Shown here: positions 1-10,691 of the stretch, piece after piece
Position numbering within the stretch: the first letter of the stretch is position 1
Layout: every line of letters begins with the position of its first letter
Origin: an uncultured delta proteobacterium
GTDB taxonomy: Bacteria > Desulfobacterota > Binatia > Binatales > Binataceae
DNA length: 64,000 bases
Assembly: GCA_963794325.1 (NCBI GenBank)
Contig: CAWCDG010000003.1
Location: 256,001-320,000, forward strand
Direction of reading: 5' to 3'
The notes under the pieces: generated by a model
The model's database searches: none
The model's input: only the letters and a program-made list of their open reading frames with translations
What the model was told of the DNA's origin: nothing
Program-made: the position numbers and the translations under genes

Positions 1-147
1 CACGCCAAACGGTTCACGACCCGAATCCGAATCGCGGGACGCGACCTCGGCGTTGCCGAAGGCGGCAGCAAGAAGCAAAGCGAGCAGGCCGCCGCGCGGC
101 TGGCGCTCGATCGAATTGAAGAGGAACGCGGTGAGCGCAATGGGTGA
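1..147 (+). CDS. rnc: Ribonuclease III, C-terminal dsRNA-binding domain (5'-truncated by window)
   Basis: Frame 1 reads HAKRFTTRIRIAGRDLGVAEGGSKKQSEQAAARLAL, containing the G-x-SKK-x-x-EQ-x-AA dsRBD motif; TGA at 145-147 overlaps era; rnc-era order is conserved. Not in the ORF track. Confidence 0.9.
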   Translation, partial: HAKRFTTRIRIAGRDLGVAEGGSKKQSEQAAARLALDRIEEERGERNG

Positions 148-1027
148 GCATCGCGCAGGATTCGTGGCGGTCGCCGGACGCACTAACGTCGGCAAGTCGA
201 CGCTGGTGAATCGGTTGGTAGGGCACAAGGTTGCGATCGTAACGCCGCGTCCGCAGACTACGCGCCGGCGAATTCTCGGAATCCGCAGCGACGCCGACGC
301 GCAGCTCCTGCTGATCGATACGCCGGGACTGCATGAGGCGAAGAAGCAGCTCAATCAGCGAATGGTGCAGACAGCGCGCCGCGCAATCGCGGAGGGCGAA
401 GTCATTCTGGTCATGGTCGAAGCCGGCGATCATCTGAATCCGGGAGATCGCGCAGTGCTGATTGATATTCGCGCGCTCGGCCGTCCGACCGTGATTGCGA
501 TCAACAAGGTCGACCGCATTCCGCGCGCGCAACTGCTGCCACTGATCGAGGAAATCAACCGCGGATTCCCCGGCGCCGAGATTGTTCCGGTCAGCGCGCG
601 CACCGGCGAAAACGTCGATGAGCTGCTGGCGACGTTGAAGCGGATGCTCCCCGAGAGCCCGGAGCTGATGTCGCCGGATGAGTACACCGATCAGACCGAG
701 CGAATGATCGCGGAAGAGATTGTACGCGAGAAAATATTTCTGAAGATGCGCCAGGAGATTCCATTCTCAACCGCCGTCAAGGTCGAGAAATTCGAAGACG
801 ACGAGGAACGCAAGCTGAAAAGGATCGGCGCGACGGTTGTAATCGATCGCGAATCGCACAAAGGAATGCTGATTGGCGCCGGCGGCGGCACGCTCAAGGA
901 GATCGGCACGGCGGCTCGAATCGAGCTCGAGGAAATCCTCGGCGCGCGCGTGTTTCTCGAAATCGTCGTCAAAGTTGAACGCGACTGGACGCGCGATCCT
1001 CGCAAGCTCGCGGAGTTCGGACTGTGA
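140..1027 (+). CDS. era: GTPase Era
   Basis: GRTNVGKST, PQTTR, DTPG and NKVD motifs plus KH domain (QEIPFS, LIGAGG); start moved to ATG 140. Confidence 0.97.
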   Translation: MGEHRAGFVAVAGRTNVGKSTLVNRLVGHKVAIVTPRPQTTRRRILGIRSDADAQLLLIDTPGLHEAKKQLNQRMVQTARRAIAEGEVILVMVEAGDHLNPGDRAVLIDIRALGRPTVIAINKVDRIPRAQLLPLIEEINRGFPGAEIVPVSARTGENVDELLATLKRMLPESPELMSPDEYTDQTERMIAEEIVREKIFLKMRQEIPFSTAVKVEKFEDDEERKLKRIGATVVIDRESHKGMLIGAGGGTLKEIGTAARIELEEILGARVFLEIVVKVERDWTRDPRKLAEFGL

Positions 1028-2475
1028 CGAAGCCGCGAAGAACACTGGGAGCCGAGGCGCGTCGGATTGCCGCCGAAGGTCTGTCGGCCGTCGTACTGGT
1101 TGGGCGCGCGAACGCCGGCAAGTCCACCCTGTTCAATCGAATCGCCAAGGGCGGGCGTGCGATCACCAGCGCGATTCCCGGCACCACGCGCGATCTAAAT
1201 TTCGCGCGCGCGAAATACGGAGACCGCGAATTCGTGGTGGTCGATAGCGGTGGGCTTGAGCTTGGTGGGCATGAGCGGATGACGGATCGTATCGTCACCG
1301 AGGCGCTCGCGGCCGTCGGCGTCGCGGACGTTGTCGTGTTTATCCTCGACGGCAAGGCTGGCCTGAGCGACGCCGATTCGGAAGCGCTCGCGCTCGTGCG
1401 CGAAACCGGATGCCCGCTGCTGCTGGCCGTCAACAAGATCGACCGGCCAGGGCAGGAGGCCGAGGCCTCCGAGTTCTATGCGCTCGGCGGCGACGAATTG
1501 TTCTTCATCTCAGCGGCGCATGGACGCGGTGTCGAGGAGCTGCTCGATCAAGTCGTTGCGCGGCTGCCCGAAAGCGAAAGCGCTACCGCCGCGGCTCCCG
1601 ATTTGAGACTCGCGCTGGTCGGCCGTCCCAACGTCGGGAAGTCGTCGATCCTCAATCGCCTGTCGGGCTTCGACCGCGCGATTGTCGACGACACTCCCGG
1701 CACGACGCGCGATCCGGTGGACGTGCGGCTGACTTCGCATGGCCGCGACGTGCTGTTGATCGACACCGCCGGAATCCGGCGGCCGCCGAAGGTCGAAGGC
1801 GAGCTCGAGCATCATTCCGTCGGCCGCGCGATCGAGACGATTCGGCGCGCGAACGTCGTGCTGCTGGTGATCGACGCGAGCGAGGGAATCACCGACCAGG
1901 ACGCGCGGCTGGCGCGGCTGGTGGATACCAGCGATCGCGCGATGGTGATCGTGTGCAACAAGTGGGACGTCGCGGCCAAGCAGGGCCGCAAGGTCGCGAC
2001 GTTCATCCGCGACGCACACGAGCGTTACCCGTTCCTCGAGTACGCGTCGATGGTGTTCACCTCGGCGGTGACTGGTGACGGCATCGATGGCATCATTCCG
2101 GCCGCGACGCAGGCGGGAGATTCCTGGCGTGCAGTGTTCCAGACCTCGCGGCTGAATCGAACGCTTGCGGAGGCGACTGCCGCGATGGATCCGCCGCAAG
2201 TCGACCGCCGCCGCCTCAACCTGATGTATGTGACGCAGGTCGGCAACGCGCCGCCGCGCTTGCGATTTTTCACCAACGTCGAACACGGCATCCCGGCGCA
2301 TTACATCCGCTTCATCGAAACCCGATTTCGAAAAGCTCTGGGGCTGGTCGGCACGCCGCTGCGACTGGATTTCCGACGCACCGGCCGCTCATGGGTACAA
2401 GGCGCTCCGCCGCGGCCAACGCGCGGGAAGCCTCGCAACCGCCCCGCAGCGCGAAGCAAGCCGGCGCGCGCGTAG
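1024..2475 (+). CDS. der: Ribosome biogenesis GTPase Der (EngA)
   Basis: Two tandem G domains (GRANAGKST/DSGG/NKID and GRPNVGKSS/DTAG/NKWD) and a C-terminal KH-like domain. Confidence 0.97.
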   Translation: MTKPRRTLGAEARRIAAEGLSAVVLVGRANAGKSTLFNRIAKGGRAITSAIPGTTRDLNFARAKYGDREFVVVDSGGLELGGHERMTDRIVTEALAAVGVADVVVFILDGKAGLSDADSEALALVRETGCPLLLAVNKIDRPGQEAEASEFYALGGDELFFISAAHGRGVEELLDQVVARLPESESATAAAPDLRLALVGRPNVGKSSILNRLSGFDRAIVDDTPGTTRDPVDVRLTSHGRDVLLIDTAGIRRPPKVEGELEHHSVGRAIETIRRANVVLLVIDASEGITDQDARLARLVDTSDRAMVIVCNKWDVAAKQGRKVATFIRDAHERYPFLEYASMVFTSAVTGDGIDGIIPAATQAGDSWRAVFQTSRLNRTLAEATAAMDPPQVDRRRLNLMYVTQVGNAPPRLRFFTNVEHGIPAHYIRFIETRFRKALGLVGTPLRLDFRRTGRSWVQGAPPRPTRGKPRNRPAARSKPARA

Positions 2476-2548
2476 TGCGTGCACTGTGGAACGTTGAGCG
2501 GGGCGGCGTTTCTTACGCCGCGACGCGTCCGGTATATTTCAATATACA

Positions 2549-4078
2549 GTGATTCTGATTTTAGATTTCGGCAGCCAGTACACGCAGCTGATCGCACGGC
2601 GCGTGCGCGAGGCGAACGTGTATTGCGAAATCCATCCGTTCAATTTCGCGCCCGAGAAAATTCGCGCGCTGAATCCGCGCGGGATAATTCTCTCGGGCGG
2701 ACCGGCGAGCCTCTACGATGAGAATGCGCCCGATATCTCCGACGAGGTGCTGAACCTCGGCTGTCCCGTGCTCGGAATCTGCTACGGGCTGTACGTGATA
2801 GCTCTGCACATGGGCGCAAAGAGCGTCGGCTCGCGCAATCGCGAGTACGGTCCGGCGACTCTGGTGATCGACGGCGATGACCTGCTGTTCGAGGGCCTCG
2901 ACGGGCGCGAGCATCGCGTGTGGATGAGTCACGGCGATCGCGTCGAGGCGCTTCCCGCCGCGCTGTGCGCAATCGCGCATAGCGACAACTCGCCGTACGC
3001 GGCGTTCAAGTCGCGCGACGGTCGCGTCCGCGGCATCCAGTTTCATCCCGAGGTCGTGCACACGCCGTGCGGCACTCAGGTGCTGCGCAACTTCGTGCTG
3101 AAAATCTGCGGCGAGCGCGGCGACTGGACGATGGCGAATTTCGTCGAGACCAAGCTCGCGGAGATTCGCAAGCAGGTCGGGCCGTCCGACAAGGTGCTGA
3201 TGGGTCTGTCGGGCGGCGTCGATTCCTCCGTGGCCGCCGCGCTCATCCATCGCGCAATCGGCTCGCGTCTGCATTGCGTGTTCGTTGACACTGGACTGCT
3301 CCGCGCCGGCGAGCGCGAGCGCATGGAGAACACATTCGCAGGCCAGCTTGGCATCGACCTGAAAGTGACAGATGCGTCCGAGCTCTTCCTCTCGCGCCTC
3401 GTGGGCGTGATTGACCCCGAGCAAAAGCGGCGCATCATCGGCCATACCTTTATCGACGTGTTCGAATCCGAGGAAGTAGTGAAGGGCGCGAAATTTCTCG
3501 GGCAGGGAACGCTCTACCCCGACGTCATCGAATCGGTCTCGTTCAAGGGTCCATCCGCGGTGATCAAGAGCCATCACAATGTCGGCGGATTGCCGGAGAG
3601 GATGCGGCTCGAACTGGTCGAACCGTTACGCGAGTTGTTCAAGGACGAAGTGCGCGACGCAGGACGCCAGCTCGGACTTGCGGCGGAGGTCGTCGATCGC
3701 GAGCCGTTCCCGGGGCCGGGCCTGGCAGTGCGAATCGTCGGTGAGGTCACGCGCGAGCGGCTCGATTTGCTTCGTCGCGCCGACGCGATCGTCATGCAGG
3801 AAACTGCCGCCGCCGGATTCGGTCTCAAACTGTGGCAGGCGTTCGCGGTCCTGCTGCCGCTCAAGACGGTCGGCGTGATGGGCGACGGGCGCAGCTACGA
3901 AAGCGTGATTGCGATTCGCGCCGTCGAGTCGATGGACGGGATGACGGCGGATTGGGCGCGGCTCGAGCCTGCCTTTCTGGCCCGCGTATCGAGCCGAATC
4001 ACCAACGAGGTCAAGGGCGTCAACCGAGTCGTCTACGACATCACGTCGAAGCCGCCGGCGACGATCGAGTGGGAGTGA
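2549..4078 (+). CDS. guaA: GMP synthase (glutamine-hydrolysing)
   Basis: ILDFGSQY, GICYG, QFHPEV, SGGVDS and KPPATIEWE motifs. Confidence 0.98.
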   Translation: MILILDFGSQYTQLIARRVREANVYCEIHPFNFAPEKIRALNPRGIILSGGPASLYDENAPDISDEVLNLGCPVLGICYGLYVIALHMGAKSVGSRNREYGPATLVIDGDDLLFEGLDGREHRVWMSHGDRVEALPAALCAIAHSDNSPYAAFKSRDGRVRGIQFHPEVVHTPCGTQVLRNFVLKICGERGDWTMANFVETKLAEIRKQVGPSDKVLMGLSGGVDSSVAAALIHRAIGSRLHCVFVDTGLLRAGERERMENTFAGQLGIDLKVTDASELFLSRLVGVIDPEQKRRIIGHTFIDVFESEEVVKGAKFLGQGTLYPDVIESVSFKGPSAVIKSHHNVGGLPERMRLELVEPLRELFKDEVRDAGRQLGLAAEVVDREPFPGPGLAVRIVGEVTRERLDLLRRADAIVMQETAAAGFGLKLWQAFAVLLPLKTVGVMGDGRSYESVIAIRAVESMDGMTADWARLEPAFLARVSSRITNEVKGVNRVVYDITSKPPATIEWE

Positions 4079-4079
4079 C

Positions 4080-5534
4080 GTGACGGTTCGCACACGTTTC
4101 GCGCCGAGCCCGACCGGCTCGCTGCACATCGGCAACGTCCGTTCGGGGCTGTTCGCGTACCTGTATGCGCGGCACAATCACGGCACATTTATTCTGCGCA
4201 TCGACGACACCGATCTCGAGCGCTCGACCAAGGAATCGCTCGAGGAGCAACTCGCGGACTTGAAATGGCTCGGAATGGAATGGGACGAAGGACCGCCTGA
4301 CGAGTCATACTTTCAGACCAATCGAGTCGAGCGGCATCGCGAGGCGGCGCTCCAACTATTGCGCGAGCACAAAGCATATCCGTGCTACTGCTCGGCGGAG
4401 GAACTCGACGCCAAGCGCAAGCAGGCCGAACGCGAGCATCGAAAGCCGGTGTACGATCGCAAATGTCGCAACCTCGAATTTCCTTCGGACCTGGCGCTGC
4501 CTGATAAATCCGCCGGTCGCAACTACACGATCCGATTTTCCATGCCGCTCGACGGCGAGACGGTGGTCGACGATCTCGTCAAGGGCCGGATGGTCTTTCA
4601 GAACAGCGAGCTCGACGACTTCATCATCGTGCGTTCTGACGGCTCGCCGATTTACAACTTCGCGAGCATCCTCGACGACGTCGACATGCAGGTGACGCAT
4701 ATCGTTCGCGGCGACGACCACGTCTCGAATACTCCGCGCCAGATGCAGATGGCGTATGCGCTCGGGTTCACGCCACCGGCGTTCGCGCATCTCCCGCAGG
4801 TGCTTGGCCCCGACGGATCGAAGCTGTCCAAGCGTCATGGCGCGACCTCGGTGGTTGCGTATCGCGAGGCCGGCTATTTCGCGGAGGCGCTGCTGAATTA
4901 CCTCGCGCGGCTGGGATGGTCGCATGGCGATCAGGAAATTTTCTCGAAGGACGAGTTGATACAGTATTTCGGTTTCGAGGCGTGCGGCACATCTCCGGGA
5001 GTCTTCAACGCCGAGAAATTGCTCTGGCTCAATTTTCACTATCTGAAAGTTCGGCCCCTTCCGCAGCTGGCCGCAGAGGTCAAACCGTTCATCGCCACGC
5101 GCGGATGGACGATTCCGGGCGACGACGGATGGCTCGAACGGGCCCTCGCGACGCTGCAGGAGCGGGCCAAAACTCTCGTCGAACTGGTGGATTTCGCATC
5201 GTTCTACCTCAACGACAACATCGAGATCGATCCGAAAGCGGCGGCAAAATTTCTGAAGCCGGAAATCGCGGATGCGTTACGCGCGCTGGCGGCTGAGCTC
5301 GCGGCAAGCGAGGGCGAGTTCACCGAGGCGTCGGTGAAGGCCGTGTTCGAGTCGGTTCTGCCGAGATTCAATCTCAAGCTCGGACAACTGGCGCAGCCGG
5401 TTCGCGTCGCGCTGACCGGAGGCACCGTCAGCCCCGGGATTTACGAAGTCATCGCCGTGCTTGGCAAACGACGCACCGTCGATCGCCTCAACTCCGCCGT
5501 CCGCCGAATCGAGGATCAACCCGCGGTCACTTAG
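4080..5534 (+). CDS. gltX: Glutamate--tRNA ligase
   Basis: RFAPSPTG, HIGN and KLSKR class I motifs. Confidence 0.97.
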   Translation: MTVRTRFAPSPTGSLHIGNVRSGLFAYLYARHNHGTFILRIDDTDLERSTKESLEEQLADLKWLGMEWDEGPPDESYFQTNRVERHREAALQLLREHKAYPCYCSAEELDAKRKQAEREHRKPVYDRKCRNLEFPSDLALPDKSAGRNYTIRFSMPLDGETVVDDLVKGRMVFQNSELDDFIIVRSDGSPIYNFASILDDVDMQVTHIVRGDDHVSNTPRQMQMAYALGFTPPAFAHLPQVLGPDGSKLSKRHGATSVVAYREAGYFAEALLNYLARLGWSHGDQEIFSKDELIQYFGFEACGTSPGVFNAEKLLWLNFHYLKVRPLPQLAAEVKPFIATRGWTIPGDDGWLERALATLQERAKTLVELVDFASFYLNDNIEIDPKAAAKFLKPEIADALRALAAELAASEGEFTEASVKAVFESVLPRFNLKLGQLAQPVRVALTGGTVSPGIYEVIAVLGKRRTVDRLNSAVRRIEDQPAVT

Positions 5535-6030
5535 CTGTCGGCGGCAGCACCAGGATTTGACCGTTCATCTCCGGCTGATGCACCGCGCAGTAGAAGGGGA
5601 AGATGCCGTCCCTGTGAAATGTGAAAACGTACGAGGTCTTGGTGAGCGGCATCAGCTTCAGATGCATCAGCACGGTTGAGTCGGGCGCGGCCAGCATGAA
5701 GTCGTGCTCGTCGTCGGGCTGCAGATTCCAGAACGTGAGCATCGTCGGCACTTCGCGACGCACCGCAATGAAGGTCGGCGAGAACGCATACACCTCGCCG
5801 AATTTCGCCACCGTCTCCTTCGGCCCCGTCTCTTTGATTGCGACCGCCTCGGTCAGAACGATCACCTCCGCTTCCGGTGTGCCCGTTTTCGAGACGGAAA
5901 GGATCTTCGACGCCTCCGCGTTCGGCAGGTAAAAGTTCTTGTCCATCGGCGGCGCTGCCGCGGCGCCCGCAACGACACTCAACGTCACGAATGCCGTCAT
6001 CAGCACTCGCCTTCGAATCGCGTAAACCAC
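5527..6030 (-). CDS. Secreted cupredoxin-domain protein
   Basis: Signal peptide, EHDF His and FYCAVHQPEM (C-x2-H-x3-M) type-1 copper ligands; start uncertain (GTG 6030 or ATG 6000). Confidence 0.8.
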   Translation of the reverse strand: MVYAIRRRVLMTAFVTLSVVAGAAAAPPMDKNFYLPNAEASKILSVSKTGTPEAEVIVLTEAVAIKETGPKETVAKFGEVYAFSPTFIAVRREVPTMLTFWNLQPDDEHDFMLAAPDSTVLMHLKLMPLTKTSYVFTFHRDGIFPFYCAVHQPEMNGQILVLPPTAK

Positions 6031-6065
6031 TTCCCAGCTACTCATCCAAATAGTACCTTTGTTGC

Positions 6066-6668
6066 ATGAGTGTACTCGTACCATATGTAGTCGAGCAGAC
6101 CGGCCGCGGCGAACGTTCCTACGATATCTATTCGCGACTGCTCAAGGACCGAATCGTGTTCCTGGGCGGCACGGTGACCGACGACCTTGCCAACCTTGTC
6201 ACCGCGCAACTGCTGTTCCTCGAGTCCGAGGATCCGGAGCGCGAAATTAATATGTACATCAACTCGCCAGGCGGGTCAGTCACCGCCGGGCTCGCCATTT
6301 ACGACACGATGCAATTCGTAAAGCCTCCCGTGTCGACGCTGTGCGTAGGGCAGGCCGCCAGCATGGGATCGCTGCTGTTGGCCGCTGGAGCCAAGGGCAA
6401 GAGATACGCGCTGCCGCACTCGCGAATTCTGATTCACCAGGTTTCAGGCGGATTCGAGGGACAGGCGAGCGACATAGAGATTCATGCGCGCGAGGCGCTG
6501 CGTCTTCGAGAAATCCTGAACGAGATTCTCGCTCATCACACCGGCCAGAACGTCAAGAAGATCGAGAAGGACACTGACCGCGACAACTTCATGTCCGCGG
6601 CGCAGGCAGTCGAGTACGGACTGATCGACGAAGTGATCGCGGGGCGGCCCATCAAGGCGTCGCTTTAG
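6066..6668 (+). CDS. clpP: ATP-dependent Clp protease proteolytic subunit
   Basis: [26 protein letters not shown] and DRDNFM motifs. Confidence 0.98.
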   Translation: MSVLVPYVVEQTGRGERSYDIYSRLLKDRIVFLGGTVTDDLANLVTAQLLFLESEDPEREINMYINSPGGSVTAGLAIYDTMQFVKPPVSTLCVGQAASMGSLLLAAGAKGKRYALPHSRILIHQVSGGFEGQASDIEIHAREALRLREILNEILAHHTGQNVKKIEKDTDRDNFMSAAQAVEYGLIDEVIAGRPIKASL

Positions 6669-6726
6669 GGCCCACGCGGGCCGCGCTCGCCTACGGACGC
6701 GGAACCTTGAAATCTGCCGTCGTTCG

Positions 6727-8445
6727 CTACAGCAGCGGACCGTCGCTACCGAGCATCGCGCGCCTGATCAACTTGATCGGAACCGCGCCCTGCTTGAGAA
6801 AAGCGTCGTGAAATTTGCCTAGGTCGAATGCCGCGCCTTGCTGCTTGCGAACGTCCTCGCGCAATTTCAAAATCATCAGCTTGCCCAGTTGATAGCGCAG
6901 GTATCCGGGATCGCCGGTGCCGCGCAGCGCCTCGACCATGGCGTTGTGCGGCGTCTGGTAAGCGCTGTCCTCGAAAAACTTCGCAGCCTGATCGACCGTC
7001 ATCCCTTGCGTGTGCATCCTGATTCCGACCAGATACCGGCACGCGCGCATCAGCGCCATCTGTAATTGCGCCAGCCGATACTTCGGATCGCCGTCACGTA
7101 GGCCTTCGTCCAGCATCATCTGCTCACAATAAAATGCCCAACCCTCGATGTCCGCGCCCGATCCATAGATCAGCCGCACGACGTCCGGGTTGTGCCGGTT
7201 GTTTAGGAACTGCACGTAATGTCCCGGAAAGACTTCGTGCACCGACGTATCTGAAATGCTTGGCGCAGAATAGAAAGCGAGCAACTGCTCCTTCTTCGCG
7301 GCGTCCCACGACGGATCGGGAAGCGTGACGTAAAAAAACGCCTCTGGCGTTTTCTCAAACGGCCCCGGCGAGTCCATCGACGCGAAGGTCGTCGCGCGCA
7401 TGTACGGCGGCGTCTCGCGCACCATCGGCAGCACATCCGACGGAATAGTCGCGATATGATGCGCGATGACGTAAGCGCGAATGCTCGCGAGTCCCGCCGC
7501 GACGGTCGGTAGGACGTGCGCCGCATCGGGATGCTCGCGCGTGAGCGAATCCATCACCTCCGCCGGCGAGCGTTTCGGATCGATCAGCGCGGCCGTTTTC
7601 TGGAACTCATCGCGCAGCCGCGCCAGCTCCTTGACGCCCACCTGCTCCAGCTGATCAAGCGGCATATCGACCATGTCGCTGTCGTTGAGCATCCTGCGAT
7701 ACGCGTTGGCGCCGATCGCGTAATCGCCCGACGCCCTGGCCGCCAGATCATTTTTCAGCCACTGCTCGTAGTTCTGGATCGCTGCGACCAGATTTGCATT
7801 CGCCTTCGCGAACGCTTGCTTGTCGGGACCGTCGGCGACCTTCGCGAATGCAAGCGGAACGTCATTGTTAAAGAATCCAATCGTCGCCGGCATTTGCTGA
7901 AGCGCGATATCGACGAATACCTTCGGCGTAAGTGCAGGCTGCAAGTTGACTCGCGCAGCCTCAAGGCTCTTGAGCGCCGCAACTTCCCGCGCAGTCACCG
8001 ATCGCATCCTCGACTCGGCCGGCGCGAACTCGCGCTTGATCAGCGCATTCACCCCCGAAGTCGGCAGATACATCTCGGGTTCGCGCTGATAGCTGCGGAG
8101 TTGCTCGGTCCAAAGCAGCTCGCCGTCCGCATGCGCCAGCAGCCATTCGCGATCAGCTTCGTTCGCCGCCGAAAGATATTTCGGGTCGTCCGCGCCGAAC
8201 AAACCGATCCACTTCTTCGCGTGACGGATCACCTCGTCGATGCCGTGCGCACTCACGTCATCGACTCGATCATCAAAGCGATGGTCCCCCAGCGATGTCG
8301 CGCGCTCAGGATAAAGCTGCAACTCAGCCTGTACGAACTGCGATACCTGCGCCCTGAATGCGCGATTAGGCGCTGACCCGGTTTCAGCAGTCGCCGTCGC
8401 GGCGATCGCGACGACGAGAGCGATCGTCGCGATGAAACGCGTCAT
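6727..8445 (-). CDS. DUF885 family secreted protein (putative metallopeptidase)
   Basis: Signal peptide, HEVFPGHYVQ, EGWAFYCE and PGYLRYQLG motifs; start taken at MTRFIAT. Confidence 0.9.
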   Translation of the reverse strand: MTRFIATIALVVAIAATATAETGSAPNRAFRAQVSQFVQAELQLYPERATSLGDHRFDDRVDDVSAHGIDEVIRHAKKWIGLFGADDPKYLSAANEADREWLLAHADGELLWTEQLRSYQREPEMYLPTSGVNALIKREFAPAESRMRSVTAREVAALKSLEAARVNLQPALTPKVFVDIALQQMPATIGFFNNDVPLAFAKVADGPDKQAFAKANANLVAAIQNYEQWLKNDLAARASGDYAIGANAYRRMLNDSDMVDMPLDQLEQVGVKELARLRDEFQKTAALIDPKRSPAEVMDSLTREHPDAAHVLPTVAAGLASIRAYVIAHHIATIPSDVLPMVRETPPYMRATTFASMDSPGPFEKTPEAFFYVTLPDPSWDAAKKEQLLAFYSAPSISDTSVHEVFPGHYVQFLNNRHNPDVVRLIYGSGADIEGWAFYCEQMMLDEGLRDGDPKYRLAQLQMALMRACRYLVGIRMHTQGMTVDQAAKFFEDSAYQTPHNAMVEALRGTGDPGYLRYQLGKLMILKLREDVRKQQGAAFDLGKFHDAFLKQGAVPIKLIRRAMLGSDGPLL

Positions 8446-8471
8446 GAAGTGCGCAGCGGTTTTCACTCGGG

Positions 8472-9212
8472 CTACTTCAATGTGGCGGCAAACAACTCCG
8501 TCAGCTTTCCGAACGCGCGATCTGCCTGCGGCTGGTTGTAAACCGGGGCGTCGGCTGTCGTCCAACCGTGGAACGCTCCCTCGTAAACTTCGCTTTCATA
8601 TTTACCGCCCCACGCCGCGAGCGCGCGATCGAACTTGTCGATCGCCTCTTGCGGCATGCTCCGATCTTTGGTCGCGTGTCCGAGATACAGGCGCGCCTTG
8701 ATCCGCGGCAGCACCAGATGCGGGCTGGTCGGCTCATCAGTGTAGAGACCGCCGCCATGGAACGACGCCATCGCCGCAACCTTGTCCGGCATCGCGGCCG
8801 CCGTACGCATCGCAAAGGCGCCGGTGAAGCAGTAGCCGACGACGCCGATCGACGCCCCACTCGAGGCACTATTACTCGCGAGAAAATTCACGTAGGCCTT
8901 CGCATCGCTCTCGACCGCGTCCGGAGTCAGCGGCGCCCGCAGCTCGCCAAACCGCTTCATCGTGCGAGCGTCCCCCAAGCCAATCGTGACGTCGATGGCC
9001 GGCGGCTTGGTCGTGCGATAGAACACGTTCGGCATCAACACCGTGTAGCCCTTCTCCGCCAGCCGTTTCGCCATATCTCGATGAGACGGCCGGATCCCGC
9101 CGATGTCGGTCAAATGGATGACGCCCGGAAGCCGGCGATCTGCTTCTGCCCGATAAATAAAACCGTCGGCCGTCCCGTCCGTCGTGCGAATCTCAATTGC
9201 CTCTTCGATCAT
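8472..9212 (-). CDS. Dienelactone hydrolase family protein
   Basis: GYCFTG nucleophile motif, FHGG and AFHGW. Confidence 0.92.
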   Translation of the reverse strand: MIEEAIEIRTTDGTADGFIYRAEADRRLPGVIHLTDIGGIRPSHRDMAKRLAEKGYTVLMPNVFYRTTKPPAIDVTIGLGDARTMKRFGELRAPLTPDAVESDAKAYVNFLASNSASSGASIGVVGYCFTGAFAMRTAAAMPDKVAAMASFHGGGLYTDEPTSPHLVLPRIKARLYLGHATKDRSMPQEAIDKFDRALAAWGGKYESEVYEGAFHGWTTADAPVYNQPQADRAFGKLTELFAATLK

Positions 9213-9335
9213 TGTTCTTTCCTCTCAAGTTGAAATTGTCGCCGCGAGCCGTTTATCGATATACCACACACAACAAATTTCGGTCGCTATTGACAGCATA
9301 CGCGCCATCCGCGATCGGTTGCGTAGGTGTCCCTG

Positions 9336-10121
9336 ATGCCGAGCCGAATTCATCAATTCTACGCGGTGGCCTTCGAGGAGAACTTTTCGCTCCGCCAGAT
9401 CGCGCCCGCATTTCCGGAGGCAAGGACCTCGCCGCTCGAGATGTTCGTGCCGGTCGAGTCCGACGGCGGCCTCTACTTCTTTCCCTTTGGCGCAATCGTT
9501 ACGCACGACGTCCCGTCCGATCAGCGCGAGCGAATCTTCGGCCGCCTCACCCAGGTTCTGCCTAAACTCACCACCCGGATCATCCGCGAAGATTACTCGG
9601 TACTCGAGGACCCCGCCGCGACCATCGGAATCTCCAACGGGATGCTGCGGGTTGACAAGCTCACCCCGCAGCGCGCGGGAATCGTCGCGCTGACTGTGGG
9701 GCAGAGCGCCGCGATGGAATACTACGAGCGCATCGTGGACGACCTGTTCGCGCGGACTTCCCAGTTGGTCGAACGAATGGCGACGCGCGGAACCGTGCCG
9801 TATCGGGTCACGCCGCTCCATCGCTTTATCGGCGAGGCGATTTCGTCGCGTACCGAAGTTCTCGCCGTGCTCCACCTGCTCGATAAACCCGACGCGGCAT
9901 GGGAAGACTTCGCGATGGATCTCATCTACGACGACCTGCGAGACGAGTTCGACCTCGTCGATCGCTACGCCGCCCTGACCAGCAAGCTGCAAAGCATCCA
10001 GGAATCGCTGGTCCTCGTGCTGGACGTCGCGCGCGATCGCCGGCTGGTATTGCTCGAAGTAATCGTCGTGCTGCTGATTTTGCTCGAAGTGATTCTCAGC
10101 ATCGGGCACTTCACCTTGTAG
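9336..10121 (+). CDS. RMD1/DUF155 family protein
   Basis: FFPFGAIV, GQSAAMEYYE, LLDKPDAAWE, and a C-terminal TM helix (LEVIVVLLILLEV). Confidence 0.88.
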   Translation: MPSRIHQFYAVAFEENFSLRQIAPAFPEARTSPLEMFVPVESDGGLYFFPFGAIVTHDVPSDQRERIFGRLTQVLPKLTTRIIREDYSVLEDPAATIGISNGMLRVDKLTPQRAGIVALTVGQSAAMEYYERIVDDLFARTSQLVERMATRGTVPYRVTPLHRFIGEAISSRTEVLAVLHLLDKPDAAWEDFAMDLIYDDLRDEFDLVDRYAALTSKLQSIQESLVLVLDVARDRRLVLLEVIVVLLILLEVILSIGHFTL

Positions 10122-10222
10122 GATTATTCGACAACTCGCGTTAATATTGCCGCAACACTCGTCTGGTACTTTCATCATCGCGCGAACTATATTGTCGCAC
10201 CTTGGATCGTTGGGAGCATTCG

Positions 10223-10663
10223 ATGTCGGACGAAATTCCATCTCGCGAAAAACCTTTCGACGCCGGACTCGTGCTGCCGGGACAATACGCTGACCTGGTC
10301 AGGCGGAATCACGTTATCGAAGGCGAGCTGAAACTTCTGCTGGCCGTCCTGGAAGACGCGATTCGATGCTATCTGCGAAACGTGAACAGCAAGGAAGGCG
10401 AGCGCCGCCGCGACTTCGTCGAGGTCAGAAACTGGTTCGAAGGCAATCGAACCGGCGCACTGGGCGGCGATATTTTTAGCTTCGAGAATCTGTGCGCGGC
10501 GCTTAGCATCGAGCCGCTCGTCCTGCTCACGCGCCTCAAGATCCTGACTATCGGCGATCTTCCGTCGCGCCGTTACCAGATGCGCCGGCATCGGCCGCTG
10601 TCGAGCCTCCGGCGTCCCAACGGAATGCGCAAACGTGGCGCCGCGCACTCCCACGGCACGTGA
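10223..10663 (+). CDS. Conserved hypothetical protein (LLLAVLEDAI...FSFENLC type)
   Basis: GGGAG RBS before ATG 10223; motifs ELKLLLAVLEDAIRCY and IFSFENLCAAL; basic C-terminal tail. Confidence 0.7.
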   Translation: MSDEIPSREKPFDAGLVLPGQYADLVRRNHVIEGELKLLLAVLEDAIRCYLRNVNSKEGERRRDFVEVRNWFEGNRTGALGGDIFSFENLCAALSIEPLVLLTRLKILTIGDLPSRRYQMRRHRPLSSLRRPNGMRKRGAAHSHGT

Positions 10664-10691
10664 CGGTACCCTTGCATACCGCGGTCCGCGG

